From assembly GCA_002011125.2 (NCBI GenBank), contig MTMF02000009.1:1768989-1832988 (forward strand): DNA of 64,000 nt, read 5' to 3'. Source of the stretch: Candidatus Hydrothermarchaeum profundi. GTDB lineage: Archaea > Hydrothermarchaeota > Hydrothermarchaeia > Hydrothermarchaeales > Hydrothermarchaeaceae. The position numbers and the translations under genes were made by a program. Positions 49,726 through 59,056 of this stretch are shown here, piece after piece. The stretch's first letter is position 1; each line of letters starts with the position of its first letter. The notes beneath the pieces were generated by a model that did no database searches, was not told the DNA's origin, and saw nothing but the letters and a program-made list of their open reading frames with translations.

Positions 49726-50476
49726 AACGCATCAACAGCCTTCCAACTATTTCCCTAACAGCATTTAGGGCTTTAGAGTTTTCCGGCAGTTCTATTAAAG
49801 GTTTTCCATCGAAATCATATTCAAGTACCTTCTCATCTTCTGGTATAGATCCTAAAATCTCTAGACCCAGCTCCCTAGAATATTCCTCAATTTTGCTCAG
49901 CTTATCCTGAGAAACTCTATTTACTATTACAAAAAGATCCTTAAAGTTTATCTCTAAGTGTCTCGAAAGATCTTTTATCCTTTTAGCCGTACTCACTCCC
50001 CTCTTGGAGGGATCCGTTATCACGAGCATGACATCAACATCCTGCGTTGTTCTTCTACTCAAATGCTCCAATCCAGCCTCTGTGTCAATCACAACATAGT
50101 CGTAGTTCTTGGCGAAAGTATCTATTATTTCCCTGAGAACATGATTAACTGCACAGTAACATCCTTGCCCTTCAGGCCTACCCATAACCAAAAGATCAAA
50201 CTTATCTCCTTCCACTATAGCGCCCATCGTCTTATACTCTAAAAGGTCTCTCCAAGACACGCCCGGCGGCATCTTGTCCCTCTCCTTTAGAAGCTCCTCT
50301 CTTAAGTCACCTATAGTTTTATCGAATTCTAACCCCAGAGCACCAGATAGGTTCTCATCTGGATCAGCATCAATAGCGAGTATATCCTTCCCATTCATCT
50401 CAGATAGCGTCCTCACTAGGAGGGAGGCAAACATTGTCTTGCCTGTTCCTCCTTTCCCCGAGACGGCTATGATCAC
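49715..50476 (-). CDS. cooC: CODH/ACS nickel-insertion ATPase (CooC/AcsF)
   Basis: SGKGGTGKT, IDADPD.NL, GRPEGQGCYC, DTEAGLEHLSR. Confidence 0.93.
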   Translation of the reverse strand: MIIAVSGKGGTGKTMFASLLVRTLSEMNGKDILAIDADPDENLSGALGLEFDKTIGDLREELLKERDKMPPGVSWRDLLEYKTMGAIVEGDKFDLLVMGRPEGQGCYCAVNHVLREIIDTFAKNYDYVVIDTEAGLEHLSRRTTQDVDVMLVITDPSKRGVSTAKRIKDLSRHLEINFKDLFVIVNRVSQDKLSKIEEYSRELGLEILGSIPEDEKVLEYDFDGKPLIELPENSKALNAVREIVGRLLMRYEA

Positions 50477-51846
50477 TTTTCTTTCCTCGTGATTATAATC
50501 TTTTCAGCGTAAATCTTGGCGTTTTTGAATGTTATACTAATCCCGCCTCCCGCTATAGGTATACCTTGAACAGGCATTTCTAGCTCAGGAACAGTTACTG
50601 CAGGTTTCTCGCCTTCTGCAGGCACTTCTTCTACTTCCTTTGCCCATCTCTCAACTACGGGGTGTTCCTTTTCCTTGAGGAATGCTTTCAGAGTCTCTAG
50701 GTCAGTAGCATCTTCTTCGGTAGCGATCTTCTCTCTGAGATGTTCTGGAACATCCTCACCTATTCTATCTTTAAGGTCCCTTGGAAGCCAGACTACTCTG
50801 TCCCATCCTCCATCTCCCTTTAAAAATTTTGGAGAACGTAGATACTCTACAGCGATCCCTTGGAAACCCTCGCTCTGTACACCGCCGCCAACTTGGCCCG
50901 CCATAGTTGAAAAAGGTATCCCAAAGGGTGTGACGCCATGAAAGTCCCTGTGAACTACTCCTATCCCATCAACTTCCGGAATGTAAAATGCTATAGCCTC
51001 GAAACATCCGCAAGAAGTATGGGGATAATCGAATAAGCTGTGGAGGAAAACTCTCTCCACCTCACCATTAGACCTCTTATAAGTCATCTCATTTATTCCA
51101 GAAAATTCGCCTCTCTCAGGATCTATCTCTTCTCCCTTGTGAACCTCAAATATAGGTCCTTTAGGATCTACTTTTACTGCCGCTCTTCCTTCGAACCAAG
51201 TTATTGAACCGCAAGAAGATGTTCTACTTGGAGTAATTGTACATACGTGCTTGGGAGCAAAGCTTTGGCAGAGAACACATCCATAAAACACATCGACATC
51301 TTCATCTTTTAGCCCTCGTATCCTAGAGTCCCTCTTCTGATAGACCTTCCGGGCTTCTGAAATAAATCTATCGACCTCTTTCTCATCAGTATAGAAGGTA
51401 ACTTGCATCGCCTCTATGGCATCGAATTCTGACTTAAAAAGATGTATTAAGGCCTTACCGACATGTTTCAGGCTTAGACCTTTTTTCGCTCCTTCTTTGC
51501 TAACCCTGCACCATATAACATCTCGAGAATTGAGGTGCATGAAAGTTTGAACGTAATTTGCAAAGTCGTGTATTCGCCTCTCAAAGACACCTTCAAGGTC
51601 CTCTTCCAGTTTTTCTCCTGCGACTTCTACGAAAATTCCAAAGGAGTAAGCTTTACCTTCCTCCATATCCTGAATATCAGACCCTATAACTTCAACTTTA
51701 CCGTCTTGAACTTTATCCTTAGGGGCAACTACTAGTAGTTCTGCTCCCTTACTTTTGGGACCAGCTAAGTCTACATACATGTTTGCCTTTCGTATCCGTT
51801 CTCCTTCATATATCAAACCAACATCCACAGGCAAATCTTCTAGCAT
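50473..51846 (-). CDS. cdhC: Acetyl-CoA decarbonylase/synthase beta subunit (acetyl-CoA synthase)
   Basis: YEGERIRK, FERRIH, YGCVLCQSFAP.HVC, CGSI, HTSCGCFE A-cluster ligands; start ATG 51846 behind GAGGTGA. Confidence 0.95.
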   Translation of the reverse strand: MLEDLPVDVGLIYEGERIRKANMYVDLAGPKSKGAELLVVAPKDKVQDGKVEVIGSDIQDMEEGKAYSFGIFVEVAGEKLEEDLEGVFERRIHDFANYVQTFMHLNSRDVIWCRVSKEGAKKGLSLKHVGKALIHLFKSEFDAIEAMQVTFYTDEKEVDRFISEARKVYQKRDSRIRGLKDEDVDVFYGCVLCQSFAPKHVCTITPSRTSSCGSITWFEGRAAVKVDPKGPIFEVHKGEEIDPERGEFSGINEMTYKRSNGEVERVFLHSLFDYPHTSCGCFEAIAFYIPEVDGIGVVHRDFHGVTPFGIPFSTMAGQVGGGVQSEGFQGIAVEYLRSPKFLKGDGGWDRVVWLPRDLKDRIGEDVPEHLREKIATEEDATDLETLKAFLKEKEHPVVERWAKEVEEVPAEGEKPAVTVPELEMPVQGIPIAGGGISITFKNAKIYAEKIIITRKEK

Positions 51847-52066
51847 CGCTTCACCTCTCTTCATCATGATTATTTATGATATATATCCTTTTTGGTACGC
51901 TTTTCACAGCATTCATTTCAGATCACTATCAAGGAATTAAGCAGTCGCTTTGTCCTACCTAATTCTTGTTAGAAATATTTAGCTATCTATCTACAATAAA
52001 AAAATATGAAACTTAGAGTAAAAAATCCATAATAAAATATATATCTGAGATACGAGAGGCTAAAAA

Positions 52067-52813
52067 ATGGACCGGTTCTATCTCCGTTGGCAAGTTCTAT
52101 TAGGGTTATTATTGGTCAGTATTTCAGCGCTTCTTTACACCCTCCATTATATCATTTTCAGGGACTCTCACCATATATTCATATTCATGTTAGGAAAACT
52201 TGCCTTCCTGCCTATAGAAGTCCTCTTTGTTACTCTCATAATACATCAACTGCTCAATGAAAGAGAAAAACGGATAAGATTAGAGAAGCTAAACATGGTA
52301 ATCGGTGCATTTTTTAGCGAAATAGGGACAAAACTAGTGAGATATTTCTCAAATTTTGATCCATCATTAGACGATATTAGGAGAGAGCTAATAGTCACCG
52401 GAGAATGGTCGGATGAAAAATTCAATAAAGTGAGCGACAACCTAAAAAGCTATGAATATAAACTAAATGTCGAGGAATCAACATTAGAGGATCTACGAGT
52501 ATTTCTTAACGAGAGAAAAGACTTTTTACTTCGATTGCTAGAGAACCCTAGTCTATTAGAGCACGAGTCCTTCACACAACTTTTACAAGCTGTTTTCCAT
52601 CTAGAAGAGGAACTCATTATAAGAGAGAGTTTGAAACATCTGCCTGAAAGTGACTATGAGCATCTTTCCGGGGACATGCAAAGAGTCTATGTTATGCTAG
52701 TCCATCAGTGGCTTGATTACATGAGATACTTGAAAGATAACTATCCCTATATCTTTTCTCTTGCAATGAGAACAAACCCCTTTGACAAGAATGCTACGCC
52801 AATAGTTAGCTGA
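52067..52813 (+). CDS. Hypothetical membrane protein (two TM helices + soluble helical domain)
   Basis: Two N-terminal hydrophobic helices; LAFLPIEVLFVTLII, KLNMVIGAFFSE.G, LLENPSLLEHESFT, RTNPFD resemble a family I recall from methanogens and other anaerobes. Confidence 0.8.
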   Translation: MDRFYLRWQVLLGLLLVSISALLYTLHYIIFRDSHHIFIFMLGKLAFLPIEVLFVTLIIHQLLNEREKRIRLEKLNMVIGAFFSEIGTKLVRYFSNFDPSLDDIRRELIVTGEWSDEKFNKVSDNLKSYEYKLNVEESTLEDLRVFLNERKDFLLRLLENPSLLEHESFTQLLQAVFHLEEELIIRESLKHLPESDYEHLSGDMQRVYVMLVHQWLDYMRYLKDNYPYIFSLAMRTNPFDKNATPIVS

Positions 52814-52985
52814 ATCTAGGGCACTATTAATAAGTAGAGAAAACTAGGTGGAGCTATTAGACAACACCTCTTTCCGCGGCTATCTTTGTGCTATTTTAAT
52901 AGTTACTAGATATTGTTTATCTTAATGTTTACACAAAATTTAATGAGAATATTTCTTTTTTCGATCCCATATCTAACAACGATAT

Positions 52986-54260
52986 TTATAGATAACAAAC
53001 TGGAGCGAACATAATAAGTGTATTATTAACTTTTTCCTTACCCCAGAAATCTTTTGTAACTACCAACGCTCTTTTTGGTTTGTATGTCTTGATGAAACTC
53101 CTCAGGCTTCTTGAAATCTTCGGTTTCTTAAATGTCTGATATTTAACTTCTATCGGAATCACCTGATTATTTACTCTAAGTACAAAATCAACTTCTGCCT
53201 TTGCTATGGTTCTCCAGTAATTTATTGTACTGCTAGGAAAGCTATTCCTCAAGCAGAGAAAAACAAAGTTTTCAACCAACGTCCCAGAGTCTATCCTTTT
53301 CTCAATGGAACTGAAGTTGTCAGTTATATAATTCCTCAGTCCCAAATCATAGAAATATACTTTAGGAACTTTCTTCAGCTCTGTTATTGGATTCCTATAA
53401 AAAGGCTGAATCAGTTTTATTATATATGTCTCTGATAGTATCGAAATTATCCTTTTTAATTCTTTATAATAAATCTGACATGTCAGGCAGATGTCATTGT
53501 AATTTATCAAATTTCCTATAAGAGTGGCCAAGACCCTAACCACACATCTGTACTTAAATGCATCACTTATTTTGAGAAATTCTATAACATCCTTTGAGAT
53601 ATATGTGTCGTAAATGTTCTTTAATATCATCCTCTTGGTTTCAAAGTCTTCTGCTTTTATAACAGCAGGATATCCTCCAAAAGTCACGTATTCATTAAAC
53701 AATGGCGTAAGTTCTTTCAAGAAAATATCTTTTTCTACAGAGACTTTGCCTTTTAGTAAGAATTTTCTAATGCAATTATTTCTATTTTCATAGATATTTG
53801 CGAGCCTAGAATTTTTTGCGACCAAGAATTCATGAAAACTAAAGGGAAATAACTCAAAGAAAAATACTCTTCCAACCAAAAATTTAGCCATCGCTCCACT
53901 AAGCTCTAGGGAAGAACTACCAGTAACTATAAATTTCACATTATCAAAACTATCATACAATAACTTGAGCTTTTTTCCAGGATCCCTAACATAGTGGTAC
54001 TCATCAAGTAGAAGATAGTATTTACCTTCCGTCAAAAGGAAACTCCGTATATATTCTTTAGGATTTACTTCAAATGCTTCGAGAATATCTGGATCTTCAA
54101 AATTTAGGTAAACTACATTTTCTCTTACCTTTCTTTCTAATATTTTTAGAATAGTAGTTTTGCCAGATTGCCTTGGGCCTTTGATAGCATATGCTTCTTT
54201 TCTATCCAGCCATTTTATCAGGTATGGTAAAATATCTCTCGGGAATATCTCCTTATTCAT
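52986..54260 (-). CDS. AAA+ ATPase (AAA_14) with DUF4143 C-terminal nuclease-like domain
   Basis: GPRQSGKT, LLDE, TGSS, GGYP, PKVYFYDLG, ENFV, EVDFV...PIEVK; AT-rich. Confidence 0.9.
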   Translation of the reverse strand: MNKEIFPRDILPYLIKWLDRKEAYAIKGPRQSGKTTILKILERKVRENVVYLNFEDPDILEAFEVNPKEYIRSFLLTEGKYYLLLDEYHYVRDPGKKLKLLYDSFDNVKFIVTGSSSLELSGAMAKFLVGRVFFFELFPFSFHEFLVAKNSRLANIYENRNNCIRKFLLKGKVSVEKDIFLKELTPLFNEYVTFGGYPAVIKAEDFETKRMILKNIYDTYISKDVIEFLKISDAFKYRCVVRVLATLIGNLINYNDICLTCQIYYKELKRIISILSETYIIKLIQPFYRNPITELKKVPKVYFYDLGLRNYITDNFSSIEKRIDSGTLVENFVFLCLRNSFPSSTINYWRTIAKAEVDFVLRVNNQVIPIEVKYQTFKKPKISRSLRSFIKTYKPKRALVVTKDFWGKEKVNNTLIMFAPVCYL

Positions 54261-54430
54261 GTTAATACTAGTATTTTTTAATAAATTTAAATTTTACTAA
54301 TGTTATAAAAAAATATCTTTATGATTTAGATACCGACACATGCAAAGAAAAACCTTTTCCGTTTAGAGATCCAGGCAATGCGAATTATGAGCAACGTATA
54401 TGCGGAGATATAATTTTCAGACATTAATAG

Positions 54431-54505
54431 TGGGGCCATCCGGATTCGAACCGGAGTCCATGGCTCCCAAAGCCACGAGGATCGACCAAGCTACCCTATG
54501 GCCCC
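54431..54505 (-). tRNA. tRNA-Pro (anticodon TGG)
   Basis: Reverse complement GGGGCCA...GTGGC-TTTGGGA-GCCAT...TCCGG-TTCGAAT-CCGGA-TGGCCCC-A folds into a cloverleaf. Confidence 0.96.
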
Positions 54506-54593
54506 TTATCTTTTATCAATCTCTAACATTTAAAGATTTTATTCTTAGAATTATAAAGAAAATAATCCAAGAAAAAGAGTTAATAAAAAATTA

Positions 54594-54627
54594 AAAAAAG
54601 AAAAAATAGAAGGCATATATGCCTTCT
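54594..54627 (-). terminator. Palindromic hairpin plus T tracts after the S-layer gene
   Basis: Perfect 20-bp palindrome AGAAGGCATATATGCCTTCT (54608-54627) at the stop, followed on the minus strand by T runs. Confidence 0.6.
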
Positions 54628-57122
54628 TAAAGTGCAGCTGCTAGAGCATCTGCAGCCGCCTTTGTTGCCTCTCTGTTCTTACCAGCGACAATTATGCCGG
54701 TAAATCCAGTAGAAGGATAGTCGCTTACTAGCTCTATATCTCCATCACTAGTATACCAATCCACTTTAGACTTACCAGCAGTCACAAGCTCTGCTACAAG
54801 ACTATTAGCAACGGGTCCACCAATTAACACGAGATTCATATTCGTGCTAGCGGTGTCTTCATCGACTATCTCTAGCTCCGGAATCTTAGTCTCAGCTGCT
54901 CCTGTAGCAGAAACTGTGAAGGAGCTGGTGTCATCATCCACTATAGGCTCGTAGTCAGAATTAGAATCCTTCAACTTGGTACCACTAGCCACCGAGACAC
55001 TCTTCTTACGAACAACCTTGAGCTTCCTCGCCAAAGACCAGTCAAGCTGATACTGAGTACCCGGGATATCCACCTTATCATCCTTAACCAAAGAGATAGG
55101 ATCACTCAACAACACAAGCTTGTTAGCACCACTAGTATACGAGTTACTCCCAGCAGCAAAGTCGGTGTCATTCACCTGAGCCTCATAATAGCCCAGTGCA
55201 CCAGACTGATCATCAGAAACCTCGAAAATCTGTGAAGACTCAGTCAACCTGACCTCAATCGAATCAGCTGTGCCAGAACTTGCATATGCCCAGATCTTAT
55301 AGGCATCAAAGGCATCAGAGTTATCAGTAACATCCGAAGTAATGTCCTTCGGGCTCAGCTGAGAAAGAGTCAAAGGCAACTGATACTGAACCTCAGTACC
55401 GTCAATAATAACAAGATACCCTGTACTCGCACCTGAAGCTGACTTGATAAACTGCATTTTCTTAGAACCAGAGATAACCACGGCATTAGCAGCATCAATA
55501 GAAGTCGTATAATACAGGCTCTTCGTTATAGCCGGACCCATCTTAACGGTCTGACCATTATTAGTCAAATCAGTAACCAAATAATCAGTGCCCTTAATCG
55601 TCACAACAGAGCCCTCAACACTCGAAATATCAATAACCTCCGCCATCTGCACATCGCCAGAAGTACCGTCAATGACATACACCGCATTATAGAGCTCATA
55701 GTCATCAGCACTCGTAAGATCACCGTCAGCATTGTCATCAAAATACAAGCTACCGCTCAAATTCCTAAGCTCATCAGCAACACCGCTCAAACTATTAGTA
55801 GTCGTAGCCATAGTCGTACCAGTCCAAATCGCAGAAGCAGTTCCATCATCATCAAGCTCGTTCACTGTATAATCAAACTTGATATCACCACCAACTAACG
55901 ATACTATGAAGGAGCTGGTGTCATCATCCACTATAGGCTCGTAGTCAGAATTAGAATCCTTCAACTTGGTACCACTAGCCACCGAGACACTCTTCTTACG
56001 AACAACCTTGAGCTTCCTCGCCAAAGACCAGTCAAGCTGATACTGAGTACCCGGGATATCCACCTTATCATCCTTAACCAAAGAGATAGGATCACTCAAC
56101 AACACAAGCTTGTTAGCACCACTAGTATACGAGTTACTCCCAGCAGCAAAGTCGGTGTCATTCACCTGAGCCTCATAATAGCCCAGTGCACCAGACTGAT
56201 CATCAGAAACCTCGAAAATCTGTGAAGACTCAGTCAACCTGACCTCAATCGAATCAGCTGTGCCAGAACTTGCATATGCCCAGATCTTATAGGCATCAAA
56301 GGCATCAGAGTTATCAGTAACATCCGAAGTAATGTCCTTCGGGCTCAGCTGAGAAAGAGTCAAAGGCAACTGATACTGAACCTCAGTACCGTCAATAATA
56401 ACAAGATACCCTGTACTCGCACCTGAAGCTGACTTGATAAACTGCATTTTCTTAGAACCAGAGATAACCACGGCATTAGCAGCATCAATAGAAGTCGTAT
56501 AATACAGGCTCTTCGTTATAGCCGGACCCATCTTAACGGTCTGACCATTATTAGTCAAATCAGTAACCAAATAATCAGTGCCCTTAATCGTCACAACAGA
56601 GCCCTCAACACTCGAAATATCAATAACCTCCGCCATCTGCACATCGCCAGAAGTACCGTCAATGACATACACCGCATTATAGAGCTCATAGTCATCAGCA
56701 CTCGTAAGATCACCGTCAGCATTGTCATCAAAATACAAGCTACCGCTCAAATTCCTAAGCTCATCAGCAACACCGCTCAAACTATTAGTAGTCGTAGCCA
56801 TAGTCGTACCAGTCCAAATCGCAGAAGCAGTTCCATCATCATCAAGCTCGTTCACTGTATAATCAAACTTGATATCACCACCGGGCACGGTGTATGTGAG
56901 TTTCGTCTTAACTGCGTCAGCTATAATTTGAGCACTCGCAGTATCTGCTACCTTACCCGGGGCATCCTTACCCACTACTAATTGGGCTTTCGCTACTCCT
57001 TTATCAGCAAGCATCGAAGCCTTAAAATCCGACGGTACTGTTACCGCCGCAGCCATTCCGATAGTAGCCCCTATAAATAAGGCCCCAGTCGCAATGGCTC
57101 CTATCTTTTTCACATTTACCAT
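54627..57122 (-). CDS. S-layer protein (Methanococcales/Thermococcales SLP-like N- and C-terminal domains)
   Basis: VKKIGAIATGA..IGAT signal, LVVG..A....D..SA..IA N-domain, NLVLIGGPVANSL and IIVAG.NRE.T..AA C-domain; RBS AGAGGAGGT. Confidence 0.92.
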   Translation of the reverse strand: MVNVKKIGAIATGALFIGATIGMAAAVTVPSDFKASMLADKGVAKAQLVVGKDAPGKVADTASAQIIADAVKTKLTYTVPGGDIKFDYTVNELDDDGTASAIWTGTTMATTTNSLSGVADELRNLSGSLYFDDNADGDLTSADDYELYNAVYVIDGTSGDVQMAEVIDISSVEGSVVTIKGTDYLVTDLTNNGQTVKMGPAITKSLYYTTSIDAANAVVISGSKKMQFIKSASGASTGYLVIIDGTEVQYQLPLTLSQLSPKDITSDVTDNSDAFDAYKIWAYASSGTADSIEVRLTESSQIFEVSDDQSGALGYYEAQVNDTDFAAGSNSYTSGANKLVLLSDPISLVKDDKVDIPGTQYQLDWSLARKLKVVRKKSVSVASGTKLKDSNSDYEPIVDDDTSSFIVSLVGGDIKFDYTVNELDDDGTASAIWTGTTMATTTNSLSGVADELRNLSGSLYFDDNADGDLTSADDYELYNAVYVIDGTSGDVQMAEVIDISSVEGSVVTIKGTDYLVTDLTNNGQTVKMGPAITKSLYYTTSIDAANAVVISGSKKMQFIKSASGASTGYLVIIDGTEVQYQLPLTLSQLSPKDITSDVTDNSDAFDAYKIWAYASSGTADSIEVRLTESSQIFEVSDDQSGALGYYEAQVNDTDFAAGSNSYTSGANKLVLLSDPISLVKDDKVDIPGTQYQLDWSLARKLKVVRKKSVSVASGTKLKDSNSDYEPIVDDDTSSFTVSATGAAETKIPELEIVDEDTASTNMNLVLIGGPVANSLVAELVTAGKSKVDWYTSDGDIELVSDYPSTGFTGIIVAGKNREATKAAADALAAAL
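54917..56882. repeat. Direct repeat, 2 x 976 bp (period 990 bp), inside the S-layer gene
   Basis: 54917-55892 and 55907-56882 showed no differences on reading and encode identical 325-aa units; they are separated by a unique 14-bp linker. Confidence 0.95.
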
Positions 57123-57272
57123 ACTACCACATACCTCCTCTGGGTAATTTTTAATTGAGATGGATTTCCCTATTACCCGATATATATATCTTTCGATTCA
57201 TATAGTTCCGAACGTATTTTTCATTTTGCGCCAAAAAAAATAAAAGGGAGAGAATAAGCAAATCCTATTGAT

Positions 57273-59024
57273 ATGAACAAAGCAATTATATTATTGGTAT
57301 TACTTTCATCTCTATCTGTAGTATACGGCGACATGTTTGAAACAACTAGAGTTGGCATAGGACCTCCACCCTACTCAATTGTAGCTTTAGACACGGATGG
57401 TGACGGAATTCAAGATACAGCAGTTATTGGCACCGCTTTAAAGGCTTTTGCCTTGGGTTATCAAGGGTGGGAAGTCTCTGTAACTAGTGTAAGAAGCATT
57501 GGAAAGGTTGATTTGGACTCCGATGGTCTCTTACAAGAAGTTGTTATAGCTGGTGATAATATTGTAGCTGTAGATTCTAATGGTAATGAACTATGGAGGA
57601 AAACTACTAGTAGTTATTCAGCTGTTGCAGCTGATCTCAATGGAGATGGAAAACTAAATGAAGTCGTCGTAGGAGGATGGAATGCTGTATATGCTTATGA
57701 TAGCTCTGGGGCATTGCTATGGGAATACACCCAATTAGAGGGGGGAGTTAATCATCTAGTTGCCTTAAAGGACCGTATAATAGCCGGGTCAGGGAAAGTA
57801 CTTCATGGGATAACATTAGATGGGGACCCAGCTTGGAGCAAGGTTTTTCAAGAAAATATTGGAGCCATAACAAAGATAGAGGCTGACGGCCAAGAATGTG
57901 TGGTAGTCGCTTTATTAGACGGTAGCGTTAACGCATATAGTCCTTATGGTGTTAGCAAAGATTGGAACTTTAAACAAAACCACGAAGGCTCTAAAATAAC
58001 GATGATAGCATTTGATAGAAATTCACGAGGGAAACTTGACCATGTTTTATTTAATCTTGACTTTAAGGTATATATAGTCAATTCAAAAGGCTTTCAAGCC
58101 GGAAGCATGTCTATCGCCTTCTCCACCGCTTTGTCCACTGCAGATTTCGATGGGGACGGAATACTAGATGACGTAGTAATAGGAAAGGAGAGTTCAAATA
58201 GTCCTGGAGATCTTTTCGCCTATAGCGCCTTTGGACAGGAACTCGGAATCCTTGAAGGAGTAGGAGGTACGAGAATAGCGGCTATAGATTACGATTTTGA
58301 TTCAAGAGCGGATGACATCATTGTCCTAAGTAAATATGATGCCAGCGCTCATATAATAATCTCTACAATAAGCGATAATACAACTGCTACACAGCCTATA
58401 ACAACTCCTCCGCCTACAACCCGGGCCCCAGTAACTACAGCTCCACCAACTACTGCTCCTCCTCCAACAACTACTATCTCAGTTGACCTCGGACCAGATA
58501 GGACGATTACCGAGGGAGAAGAGATAACTTTAACACCAACAGCAACAGCCACGACTGGAGGTAAAATAGTCTCATATATATGGACTGAAGATGGCAAACT
58601 ACTGGGGGATACCCCAACCCTAACTCTCTCGCTAGAAGAAGGTACTCACAATATCTCGCTAAAAATTACTGACAGCTTCGGAGCTACATCCACGGACAGC
58701 ATTATAATAACCGTTAAACCAAGAGAAAAGGTACCTTCAAGCTCAGACTCAGACGAAGATGGATTAACAGATGAACAAGAAAAGATACTCGGTACTGATC
58801 CCTTTAAACCCGATACTGACGGAGACGGAATAATAGACTCGAAAGATCCTAATCCTCTTGTGCCTGAAGAAGAAGGTTTCTCCATCCCCTCGCTAGGAGG
58901 TATAAGCCCCTACCTCGGGTACTTGAAATGGGTTGCACTAGCTGTTGTGGGAGTTATATTAATCATATATATAAGAGAAAAAATTCTAGACTTCCTATGG
59001 GAAAGACGACAGGAATGGGAATAA
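57273..59024 (+). CDS. Surface protein: FG-GAP/PQQ-like beta-propeller, Thr/Pro stalk, PKD-like domain, TSP3-like Ca-binding repeats, C-terminal TM
   Basis: Repeated D-x-D-G-D-G motifs, PPPTT tract, DLGPD...EG PKD-like start, [10 protein letters not shown]...GTDP...DTDGDG, TM then QEWE. Confidence 0.82.
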   Translation: MNKAIILLVLLSSLSVVYGDMFETTRVGIGPPPYSIVALDTDGDGIQDTAVIGTALKAFALGYQGWEVSVTSVRSIGKVDLDSDGLLQEVVIAGDNIVAVDSNGNELWRKTTSSYSAVAADLNGDGKLNEVVVGGWNAVYAYDSSGALLWEYTQLEGGVNHLVALKDRIIAGSGKVLHGITLDGDPAWSKVFQENIGAITKIEADGQECVVVALLDGSVNAYSPYGVSKDWNFKQNHEGSKITMIAFDRNSRGKLDHVLFNLDFKVYIVNSKGFQAGSMSIAFSTALSTADFDGDGILDDVVIGKESSNSPGDLFAYSAFGQELGILEGVGGTRIAAIDYDFDSRADDIIVLSKYDASAHIIISTISDNTTATQPITTPPPTTRAPVTTAPPTTAPPPTTTISVDLGPDRTITEGEEITLTPTATATTGGKIVSYIWTEDGKLLGDTPTLTLSLEEGTHNISLKITDSFGATSTDSIIITVKPREKVPSSSDSDEDGLTDEQEKILGTDPFKPDTDGDGIIDSKDPNPLVPEEEGFSIPSLGGISPYLGYLKWVALAVVGVILIIYIREKILDFLWERRQEWE

Positions 59025-59056
59025 ATTTATATGCAAGCATAAAGGTGCTTTATCTT

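Noticed and set aside
1-51846. Calling the organism a methanogen from mfnD/mfnF, cdh and EhaR-like genes
   Set aside because: No mcr or mtr genes are in this window, and these genes also occur in non-methanogenic Wood-Ljungdahl archaea.
52822-54432. 10-bp inverted repeat CACTATTAAT/ATTAATAGTG flanking the AAA+ gene as transposon ends
   Set aside because: Short and AT-rich, with no transposase or target-site duplication; plausibly chance.
54400-54594. 64-aa plus-strand ORF
   Set aside because: It overlaps tRNA-Pro on the opposite strand and is spurious.
54917-56882. Classical diversity-generating retroelement TR/VR pair
   Set aside because: The copies show no adenine-specific mismatches, both are coding, they are much longer than typical TR/VR pairs, and no reverse transcriptase lies in the window.
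22701-59056. N-terminal extensions in the ORF track for aroB' (22701), rnz (33171), grpE (39984), cdhE (48135) and the second adhesin (58928)
   Set aside because: They overlap neighbouring genes or promoters; downstream starts match the family N-termini and, in several cases, an RBS.
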